Shown piece after piece: positions 18,714-25,878 of a stretch of DNA of 42,579 nucleotides. This stretch comes from Verrucomicrobiota bacterium (GTDB lineage: Bacteria; Verrucomicrobiota; Verrucomicrobiia; Limisphaerales; JADLHS01). The DNA lies in contig JANPGI010000034.1 of assembly GCA_031423875.1 (NCBI GenBank), positions 1 to 42,579 on the forward strand, written 5' to 3'. The stretch's first letter is position 1. Each line of letters starts with the position of its first letter. Below the pieces are notes generated by a model. The model did not search any database. It had not been told where the DNA came from and saw only the letters and a program-made list of their open reading frames with translations. The position numbers were made by a program, and so were the translations under genes.

Positions 18714-20882
18714 ATGGACCCGTTAAAACAGCAGCCGCAGCAGGAATCACGACTTCACTTCCTTGACTACTGGCGGATCATCCGCATCCGTAAGACCGTC
18801 ATCATCGCGGTCTTCATGCTCGTGGTCATCACCGCCACGCTTGTCACCTTCATTTTGCCGGAACAATTCGCCAGCACCGCCACGCTCAAGATCGAGCGCG
18901 ACAAGTCAGACATTGATGAGCTGGCCGGGAACAGTCGTATCAGTTCTTTCGACCCCTATTACATCCAGACGGAGTTTGAAGTCATCCAGTCGGAGACCAT
19001 TCTGAGCAACGTGGTGGATGTGCTGGGACTGAACGACAAGTGGGGCAAAAAATATAACGAAGGGAACAAGTTCAAGACCCACGAATCCATGGCCATTCTG
19101 AAGGGGCGACTCAACTTACGCCCCCGCCGCAACACGGCACTGATTGACGTGCAGGTGTATTCTGAGAATCCCAACGATGCCGCCGAGCTTGCCAATGCCG
19201 TGGCGGAAACTTACAGGCAATGGCGACTGGAAAAGGGCCAGCGCCTCGGCAAGGGCGGCGTGAAGGCTCTTGATGACCAGCTCAAGATCGAAGACGAGAA
19301 GATCGCCAAGGTGAAAGACGAGCTCGACAAGATCCGCATCGAAAACAAAATCTCCGATGTGGATACTGCGGGCACTGCGCCCATGATGCTGTCTGAAAGC
19401 GTAGAATTCCGGCGCTACCTTTCCAGCCGGTTCGAGAAGGAGCAGTCCTATAAAAAGCAGAAGGAAGTCTTTGAGAAGTTGAGCGCCATTGACATCGTTG
19501 CGCTGCGTGATGTTCTCCCGGGATTCCAGCCTGATTCAGAACTCTCGTCCCTCATCGGTGAGCTCAATGCTGCCGACCAGAAATATATTTCCCAGATCAA
19601 CGACCTTGGCCCGTCTCATCCTCAAATCAAAGCCGTCAATGATCTCCGCGACTTGCTCAACAAGAAAATTGACGCCCGTGTCAACGGTATCTTGAAAGGG
19701 CTTGAGACTCAGGTTTCCACCGCCAAGTCTGAGTTGGACAGCATCGGCAAAGCCGTAGAAGACGCGCGTTTGATTGATCAAGACAAGCTCACCAAGACCC
19801 GCCCATATTTCGACAAGAAGCGGGAGTTGGAAGAATTGAACGATTTGCGCCGCCTGATCACCCGCAAGAAGAACATCGAAGAAGTTGACCTCAAATTGCC
19901 CAAATCAGAGCAGGTGGTCATTATCGAGCGTGCCATTGTCAGCGCAAAGGCCGTCAAACCCAACAAAACACTTAACATCATCCTCGGCGTGGTCATCGGT
20001 CTTGTCGTCGGCGTCGGTCTGGCATTCTTCATCGAATACCTCGACACCAGCGTGAAGACGATTGATGACGTGGAACGCACTTTGCAATCGCCCGTGCTCG
20101 GCGTCATCCCGCAGAACGTCGGCTTGCTCATCGAGGAAGGCGCAGAAAGTCCGCACGCCGAAGCGTACCGCGTGTTGCGCACAAATCTGTTGTTCGCCCG
20201 CAAGGACGACAAGTTGAACACCACCGCCGTGGTCAGTGCCGGTGCTGGCGAAGGTAAATCCACCACGGTCTTGAACCTCGCAACAGTGTTCGCCCAGAGC
20301 GGCCAGCGCGTGGTCATCGTGGACTCGGATCTCCGCCGTCCCACGCTGCACAAGCTGCTGAAGGTGACGAATAACCTCGGTCTCACGAATTATCTGCTCA
20401 AACAGAATACGCTCGATGAAGTGATCCAGACCACGGCATTGCCGACATTGGACTTCCTAGCGAGCGGTAAGTTACCTAGCAGTTCACTTGGCATCCTGAG
20501 TTCCTCCCACATGAAGGATTTGATCGGGGAACTCAAGGCGCGTTACGACATCGTGTTCTTTGATTCACCGCCGATCATGGGCGTGAGTGATGCGTCCATC
20601 CTCGCCAGCGAAGTGGACATGACCGTTCAAGTCATCCAATACCGCCGCTATCCGCAGCCGATGAACATCCGGGCCAAGCAGCTCATCGAGAAGGTTGGCG
20701 GCAATCTGGTCGGCATCGTCCTCAACAATATCAACATGTCCCAGGACGAGAGCTACTATTACTACAGCGGCTACTATCACGATTACTACGCCAAGAATGA
20801 GGAATCCGAGCCTGTTGTGGACGGCAAGGCCAAGAAGCCTGCCGAAGAAAAATCCGATGGCGAAATCAAACAAAAGTACTGA
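18714..20882 (+). CDS. Polysaccharide co-polymerase fused to a BY-type tyrosine autokinase (Wzc/GumC/EpsG-like).
   Basis: Wzz-like N terminus with TM1, a long coiled periplasmic region and TM2 (LNIILGVVIGLVVGVGLAFFIEY). Walker A SAGAGEGKST, Walker A' VVIVDSDLRRP, Walker B VFFDSPP. C-terminal Tyr cluster ESYYYYSGYYHDYY. Confidence 0.9.
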   Translation: MDPLKQQPQQESRLHFLDYWRIIRIRKTVIIAVFMLVVITATLVTFILPEQFASTATLKIERDKSDIDELAGNSRISSFDPYYIQTEFEVIQSETILSNVVDVLGLNDKWGKKYNEGNKFKTHESMAILKGRLNLRPRRNTALIDVQVYSENPNDAAELANAVAETYRQWRLEKGQRLGKGGVKALDDQLKIEDEKIAKVKDELDKIRIENKISDVDTAGTAPMMLSESVEFRRYLSSRFEKEQSYKKQKEVFEKLSAIDIVALRDVLPGFQPDSELSSLIGELNAADQKYISQINDLGPSHPQIKAVNDLRDLLNKKIDARVNGILKGLETQVSTAKSELDSIGKAVEDARLIDQDKLTKTRPYFDKKRELEELNDLRRLITRKKNIEEVDLKLPKSEQVVIIERAIVSAKAVKPNKTLNIILGVVIGLVVGVGLAFFIEYLDTSVKTIDDVERTLQSPVLGVIPQNVGLLIEEGAESPHAEAYRVLRTNLLFARKDDKLNTTAVVSAGAGEGKSTTVLNLATVFAQSGQRVVIVDSDLRRPTLHKLLKVTNNLGLTNYLLKQNTLDEVIQTTALPTLDFLASGKLPSSSLGILSSSHMKDLIGELKARYDIVFFDSPPIMGVSDASILASEVDMTVQVIQYRRYPQPMNIRAKQLIEKVGGNLVGIVLNNINMSQDESYYYYSGYYHDYYAKNEESEPVVDGKAKKPAEEKSDGEIKQKY

Positions 20883-20908
20883 GACCACTGTCTCTTAATC
20901 ACTGGCTC

Positions 20909-21565
20909 ATGAAGAAAGCATTTTTGAAAAACACAGTTCAGGTGGCACTCGGTATCGGGTTGATGGCGGTTGCGTCGGCACTCACGGGTTGTCAGACACC
21001 GACCGCGTCCAACGAAATCAAGTTCACCGCGCCGCCTTCAGATGCGGACATGCCGTCAACGGTAGGTTCTGCGGATGAAGCCATGCGGTTCGCCAAGGAC
21101 GATCTCGTGATCGTCACCTTCTCCGGCCAACAAGACTTGCAGCCGCACGAAGAACGCATCAAGGAAGACGGCACCATCACGCTGCAATACATCAACTCCA
21201 TCAAGGCCGAAGGCAAGACCACCGGCGAACTCCAGCGCGAGATACACAACGCTTACGTCCCCACGTTCTACAAACGCCTCACGGTCACTGTCAAAACCGA
21301 CCGTCAGATCTATTACGTTCAAGGTCAGGTGCGTCAGTCTGGACGTCAGGAGTATCTTGGGCCGACCAGCGTGCTGAAAGCCATCGCTTCCGCAGGTGAC
21401 TTCAATGATTTTGCCAGTCGCAAAAAAGTCAGGCTGAACCGCAAGGATGGCACTTGGCAGATCGTTGATTGCGTCAAGGCCGCTCAGAATCCCGCTCTCG
21501 ATCTTCCGGTGTTTCCGGGAGACAAGATTGACGTGCCTGTGCGGAGTGCTTTTGAATCCTGGTGA
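20909..21565 (+). CDS. Polysaccharide export lipoprotein (Wza-like: Poly_export plus SLBB).
   Basis: Lipobox ALTGCQ. Poly_export-like IKEDGTITLQYINSIKAEGKTTGELQREI. SLBB-like YYVQGQVRQSGRQEY ... VLKAIASAGDFNDFA ... VFPGDKIDVP. Confidence 0.85.
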   Translation: MKKAFLKNTVQVALGIGLMAVASALTGCQTPTASNEIKFTAPPSDADMPSTVGSADEAMRFAKDDLVIVTFSGQQDLQPHEERIKEDGTITLQYINSIKAEGKTTGELQREIHNAYVPTFYKRLTVTVKTDRQIYYVQGQVRQSGRQEYLGPTSVLKAIASAGDFNDFASRKKVRLNRKDGTWQIVDCVKAAQNPALDLPVFPGDKIDVPVRSAFESW

Positions 21566-21954
21566 TGCTCCAACTCCAGATACTTTCCGGCAAACAGGCG
21601 GGCTTCCTCTGGGATGCCCGCCGTTTTCCTGTCCGCATCGGACGCGCGGCGGGAAGTGATTTGCAGATCGAAGAAGACGGCGTGTGGGATGAACATCTCC
21701 AAGTGGAACTAAAAACTGGCGACGGCTTCGTGATCACTGCTCATCCCGGTGCGCTCGTCTCGGTGAATCAATCTCCCGTCGAAACCATACGCCTTCGCAA
21801 CGGCGACATCATCACCGCCGGCTCCGCGCGCATCGCCTTCCGCCTGAGTCAAACAAAGCAACGCGGACTAAAACTGAGGGAAGCGTTCATCTGGCTGCTT
21901 CTGGCAGGAATCACCATCAGCCAGCTTGCGATGATCGGCTGGTTGTTGAGATAA
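21565..21954 (+). CDS. FHA-domain protein with a C-terminal TM anchor, translationally coupled to the Wza-like gene.
   Basis: Its ATG overlaps the Wza TGA (TGATG). FHA-like FPVRIGRAAGSDLQIEEDGVWDEHLQVEL ... LVSVNQSPV ... LRNGDIITAGSARIAF. The C terminus AFIWLLLAGITISQLAMIGWLL is hydrophobic. Confidence 0.75.
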   Translation: MLQLQILSGKQAGFLWDARRFPVRIGRAAGSDLQIEEDGVWDEHLQVELKTGDGFVITAHPGALVSVNQSPVETIRLRNGDIITAGSARIAFRLSQTKQRGLKLREAFIWLLLAGITISQLAMIGWLLR

Positions 21955-22090
21955 GGCATCTGTTTCCTCGCTCTTTTCAGTGGATGCTGGCTTTGTCAAA
22001 GCACCAACCTCCAATACAGCCATTGGGCACGCCACTGTTGGCCTGATGAACGATTCTGTCTTCCGATGCCGACGTAAACCAACACGCGTT

Positions 22091-22146
22091 TGAGATTTGG
22101 AGCTTGGTGATTCTCTGGAGCTTGAATGTTGGTGCTTGGTGCTTCG
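22091..22146. repeat. Short direct-repeat, REP-like tract in a convergent intergenic region.
   Basis: TGGAGCTTG occurs at 22098-22106 and 22116-22124, followed by GGTGCTTGGTGCTTCG. There is no coding support. Confidence 0.35.
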
Positions 22147-22216
22147 ACTTTTCACTTTGCTCTGCCGTTACACCCAATCCAACGGCTCCACCGAAAACAG
22201 CGGAGAACCACGCATC

Positions 22217-23776
22217 TCAGTGCCGGAAATGCCGCGTGCCTGTGAACGCCATCGCCATCCCGCGTTCATCCGCAGCGGCGATCACTTCCGGATCTTTCAC
22301 TGAACCGCCCGGCTGGATGGCGGCGGTCGCGCCTGCTTCAGCGGCGGCGATGAGTCCATCCGGGAACGGGAAGAACGCATCACTGCACACCACGCTGCCT
22401 TGAAGCGCGAGCTTTGCCTCACCCGCCTTCCACACGGCGATGCGGCTGGAATCCACGCGGCTCATCTGTCCCGCGCCAACGCCGAGTGTGCGATCCGCAT
22501 TACTGTAAAGAATCGCGTTGGACTTGAGATGCTTCACCACACGCCAACCGAACAACATGGCTTTCAGTTCATCTGCCGTCGGCTGCCGTTTGGTGACGAA
22601 CTTCAAGTCAGATGCGCTCGTGATCTTGAGATCGCGTTGCTGCATCAGGAAGGAATCCGCGCCGACGCTCCGCACATCCCACGGCTGCGAACTGCTGACA
22701 CTTTTCAACACCCTGAGCAGGCGCAGGTTTTTCTTCTTCTGCAAGATCGCCAACGCATCCGCCGTGAACTCCGGCGCGACGATCACTTCGCTGAAGATCT
22801 CCGCGATGGCTTCCGCGCAATCTGCGTCAAGCGTGCGGTTCACTGCGATGATGCCGCCGAACGGCGCTTGCCTGTCCGTGGCGAACGCCTTGTCCCAGGC
22901 CGCTCGTAATGTTGCCGCCTGACCCACACCGCACGGATTCGTGTGCTTGAGGATGGCCAGCGTCGGCGCGTCGCCATCAAATTCGCCGATCAATGCCGCT
23001 GCCGCCGTCAGATCGAGAATATTGTTGTAGGAAAGTTCCTTGCCATGCAGTTGCTGGAAGAATTCTCCGAACTTACCGTAAAGCGCGGCGACCTGATGTG
23101 GGTTCTCACCGTAACGCAGGGGTTGCGCGAGCGGCGCGGAGACGATGAGTGTCTTGGGCAACGCTGGCGTGGCGGTGCTTTGGGCGTTGAACGCTTTTTG
23201 CAGATGCGCTGCGATGGCCGCATCATAAGCCGCAGTGCGCGCATAAACCTTGGCCGCGAGCGAGCGACGCATGTCGAGCGTGGTGTTTCCGCTCGCCTTG
23301 ATTTGCTCACCCACCAGCACGTAATCCGCCGGATCCACGATCACCGTCACGCTGTCGTGATTCTTCGCCGCGCTGCGAAGCATCGAGGGGCCACCGATGT
23401 CAATGTTCTCGATGGCATCGTGCAATGAGACATTGGGTTTTGCGACCGTGGCTTCAAACGGATAAAGATTCACCACCACGAGATCAATCGGCGTGATGCT
23501 GTGCTGTTGTGCCGCAGCTTCGTGCTGAGCATTGCCGCGAATGTAGAGAAGCCCGCCGTGAACCTTCGGGTGAAGCGTCTTCACGCGGCCATCCATCATT
23601 TCAGGGAAGCCCGTGTGCTCACTGATGTCTTTGACGGCAAGACCCGCATCTCGCAGGGCCTTGGCCGTGCCGCCCGTGGAGATCAATTCCACGCCGGCGG
23701 CGGCGAGAGTTTGTGCGAAAGGGATGAGACCTGTCTTGTCAGAAACGGAAAGGAGTGCGCGTGAAATCTTGTTCAT
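22217..23776 (-). CDS. purH: Bifunctional AICAR transformylase / IMP cyclohydrolase.
   Basis: N-terminal MGS-like domain [36 protein letters not shown]. PurH-like over the full length, including the C-terminal [12 protein letters not shown] at 23776 is chosen (MNKISRALL). Confidence 0.95.
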   Translation of the reverse strand: MNKISRALLSVSDKTGLIPFAQTLAAAGVELISTGGTAKALRDAGLAVKDISEHTGFPEMMDGRVKTLHPKVHGGLLYIRGNAQHEAAAQQHSITPIDLVVVNLYPFEATVAKPNVSLHDAIENIDIGGPSMLRSAAKNHDSVTVIVDPADYVLVGEQIKASGNTTLDMRRSLAAKVYARTAAYDAAIAAHLQKAFNAQSTATPALPKTLIVSAPLAQPLRYGENPHQVAALYGKFGEFFQQLHGKELSYNNILDLTAAAALIGEFDGDAPTLAILKHTNPCGVGQAATLRAAWDKAFATDRQAPFGGIIAVNRTLDADCAEAIAEIFSEVIVAPEFTADALAILQKKKNLRLLRVLKSVSSSQPWDVRSVGADSFLMQQRDLKITSASDLKFVTKRQPTADELKAMLFGWRVVKHLKSNAILYSNADRTLGVGAGQMSRVDSSRIAVWKAGEAKLALQGSVVCSDAFFPFPDGLIAAAEAGATAAIQPGGSVKDPEVIAAADERGMAMAFTGTRHFRH

Positions 23777-23903
23777 AGAATCGTCATCTGGCGGCAAATT
23801 GAAAATACCCTTCGAGCATAGCTCGGTTTATTTCTGTGGAAAATCCCGGCTGGCCAAGTCTTCGCTCCGTTGCGACGCGGCACTTTTTCGTTGTGCGAAA
23901 AAG

Positions 23904-23989
23904 TGGTGGTAGGTGATGGATTCGAACCATCGAAGGCGTTAGCCGACAGATTTACAGTCTGCACCCTTTAGCCACTTGGATAACCTACC
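23904..23989 (-). tRNA. tRNA-Tyr (anticodon GUA), with a long variable arm and an encoded CCA.
   Basis: The reverse complement reads GGTAGGT TA TCC AAGTGGCTAAA GGG T GCAGA CTGTAAA TCTGT CGGCTAACGCCTTC GATGG TTCGAAT CCATC ACCTACC A CCA. The cloverleaf is complete and collinear with E. coli tRNA-Tyr. Confidence 0.95.
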
Positions 23990-24030
23990 AACAATCCCGC
24001 TGCGGGGCGCAGATTAAGCCATACGTTCTG

Positions 24031-24054
24031 CTGGAGTTCAAGCTTTAGCTTGCC
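24031..24054 (+). repeat. REP family A, single arm.
   Basis: GGAGTTCAAGCTTTAGCTTG (20 nt) is identical to the reverse complement of 25801-25825. Confidence 0.7.
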
Positions 24055-24071
24055 CTCTCGCCGCATCTTGA

Positions 24072-24182
24072 GACTGCCCCCGAAGTTGCGGCTGCGGAGT
24101 CATTGGAACGCCGCGTTCACGCGGCAGCAGGCTGATTTGCCACATTGCTGCCGCCTGAAGGCGGCGTTCCGTGGGGGCAGTG
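24072..24182. repeat. REP family B composite hairpin.
   Basis: Inner arms GGAACGCCGCGTTCACGCGGCAG (24105-24127) and CTGCCGCCTGAAGGCGGCGTTCC (24148-24170) are inverted. Each arm is itself a mini-palindrome. The outer pair is ACTGCCCCC (24073-24081) / GGGGGCAGT (24173-24181). The right arm is identical to 28489-28511. Confidence 0.75.
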
Positions 24183-24266
24183 TCAAGATGCGCCCGCCGC
24201 CGCCGATTTGTCACAGACTTGGTGCTTGCGCATAGAAATGTCCCCATCAAACTCGTTCACTTGAAT

Positions 24267-25688
24267 ATGAAAATGAAACTACTCTCCATCATCGCCGCCG
24301 GAGTTTGTGCGGTTCTCACAAGCAATGCCGCCGATGTCTGGCCGCAGTTTCGCGGGCCGAACGCTTCCGGCGTTTCTGACTCGGCCAAGCCGCCGACAGA
24401 ATTCGCGCCCAGCACAAATCAGCTTTGGAAAACTTCCGTGCCGCCCGGCATGTCGTCGCCTTGTGTGTGGCGCGACTCGATTTTTTTGACGGCGTTTGAA
24501 GATGGTAAATTGCTGACGCTTTGTTACCAACGCAGCAACGGCAAGTTGTTGTGGAAACAAGCGGTGACGCCCGAAAAACTGGAGGAGTTTCATTCCACCG
24601 AAGGCAGCCCCGCCGCGTCCACCGTGGCGACGGATGGCAAGCATGTGGTGAGCTACTTCGGTTCGTGCGGATTGATTTGCTACAACATGAAGGGCAAAGA
24701 ACTTTGGCGGCATCAACTCCCGACCGCAGAGACGGCGGCGGGTTTTGGTAGCGGTAGTTCGCCGGTGATCGTGGACGGTCTTGTGTTGGTGAATCGCGAT
24801 CAAGCGGTGAACTGCTCCCTGTTGGCGGTGGATTTGAAGACGGGCAAGAAAGTCTGGGAAACCGCGCGGCCTGATGTCGCACAAAGTTTCGGCACGCCGA
24901 TTTTATGGAAGAACGCTGGTGCGAATGAAGTGGTGATGTCCGGTTCGTTCAAGCTCAAGGGCTACGATTTGAAAACAGGCGCGGAGCGATGGTCGCTCGC
25001 CGGGATGCCGTCATTCACCTGCACGACACCGGTGATTGGAGATGGGATGTTGCTCTTCGCAGGTTGGTCGCCGGGTAAAGAACCCGGCACGGGGCCGACG
25101 TGGGAAGGCATGGCCAAGCCTGCTGACAAGGACAACGACGGCGCGGTAACGCTCGCAGAAGCGACAGCGGGCAGCTTCGGCAGTTTTTTCCGAGCGATGG
25201 ATACTGATGGCGATGGCAAACTGACGCCGGAAGATTTTGATCTGTTGAAAGCGAAGATGGCGAAGGGTGAAAATGTTCTCCTCGCCGTCAAGCCCGGCGG
25301 TAAAGGTGAGTTGAGCGAAAGCTACGTGGCGTGGAAACAGACGCGCGGCCTGCCTTATGTTCCATCACCACTATTCTACGAAGGTCGTGTTTATATTGTG
25401 AAGGACGGTGGAATCATTTCCAGTTACGACGCAAAGTCGGGTGCGACGCACTATCAACAGGAACGCTTGAACGCGCTTGGAAATTATTATTCGTCGCCGG
25501 TGGCAGCGGATGGTCGCATCTACGTCGCTTCGCTCGATGGCAAGTTGACGGTGTTGCAGGCCGGTGGCGACATGCCGAAAGTTTTGCATCGCGCGGAATT
25601 CGGAGAGCGCATTTCCGGCACGCCCGCGCTGGTGGGGAACGCCATTTACCTCCGCACAGCAACCGCGCTTTACGCGTTTGGAAAATAG
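24267..25688 (+). CDS. Secreted PQQ-like beta-propeller repeat protein (BamB-family fold) with an inserted EF-hand pair.
   Basis: Signal peptide MKMKLLSIIAAGVCAVLTSNA, then DVWPQFRGPNASGV, typical of this family. Repeated propeller blades follow. The insert reads DKDNDGAVTLAEA ... DTDGDGKLTPEDF. The track start at 24171 lies inside a repeat. Confidence 0.8.
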   Translation: MKMKLLSIIAAGVCAVLTSNAADVWPQFRGPNASGVSDSAKPPTEFAPSTNQLWKTSVPPGMSSPCVWRDSIFLTAFEDGKLLTLCYQRSNGKLLWKQAVTPEKLEEFHSTEGSPAASTVATDGKHVVSYFGSCGLICYNMKGKELWRHQLPTAETAAGFGSGSSPVIVDGLVLVNRDQAVNCSLLAVDLKTGKKVWETARPDVAQSFGTPILWKNAGANEVVMSGSFKLKGYDLKTGAERWSLAGMPSFTCTTPVIGDGMLLFAGWSPGKEPGTGPTWEGMAKPADKDNDGAVTLAEATAGSFGSFFRAMDTDGDGKLTPEDFDLLKAKMAKGENVLLAVKPGGKGELSESYVAWKQTRGLPYVPSPLFYEGRVYIVKDGGIISSYDAKSGATHYQQERLNALGNYYSSPVAADGRIYVASLDGKLTVLQAGGDMPKVLHRAEFGERISGTPALVGNAIYLRTATALYAFGK

Positions 25689-25754
25689 CTGAAATAGCGA
25701 GGTGTGCAGGACTGATTACTGTGTGGTGTGGCTGCAAGAGCTGCGATGATGTTT

Positions 25755-25825
25755 GTTGGAGTTCACGCTTTAGCGTGTTGGGCGGCGCAAGATTGTTGGG
25801 GACAAGCTAAAGCTTGAACTCCAAC
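25755..25825. repeat. REP family A hairpin (two inverted arms) just downstream of the propeller gene.
   Basis: GTTGGAGTTCACGCTTTAGCGTGT (from 25755) opposes ACAAGCTAAAGCTTGAACTCCAAC (to 25825). There are two mismatches in a stem of about 24 nt. Confidence 0.7.
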
Positions 25826-25878
25826 CCTCAGCGCGCAGTCGCTTGACTCCCGGCGCACGACTCTTGAACCTCGCAGTC

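Noticed and set aside
20752-20790. A repetitive TAC/TAT-rich DNA tract.
   Set aside because: It encodes the functional C-terminal tyrosine cluster of the BY-kinase (YYYYSGYYHDYY). It is not a DNA-level repeat element.
17312-21565. Apparent lower GC content of the export locus as evidence of horizontal acquisition.
   Set aside because: This was judged by eye on only a few lines. Polysaccharide loci are commonly AT-shifted, and no mobility genes or boundary repeats are present. It needs a computed GC and codon-usage profile.
23777-23903. Possible ZTP (pfl) riboswitch in the purH leader, because purH is a classic ZTP-regulated gene.
   Set aside because: Reading the minus strand, I could find neither the conserved GGGTCGTGACTGGCG-type 5' subdomain nor the CCGCCTGGGC 3' pseudoknot partner. 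Only a loose GCCGCCAGA is present. A covariance-model scan (Rfam RF01750) would settle it.
23881-23906. A hairpin, CACTTTTTCG / CGAAAAAGTG, abutting the tRNA-Tyr 3' end, considered as an intrinsic terminator.
   Set aside because: The stem overlaps the encoded CCA end and no T-tract follows it on the minus strand. It may help 3' processing, but I cannot support a terminator call.
23904-25825. A tRNA-Tyr-associated genomic island.
   Set aside because: I found no integrase, no direct repeat of the tRNA 3' end downstream and no phage or mobile genes. The neighbouring gene is an ordinary secreted propeller protein.
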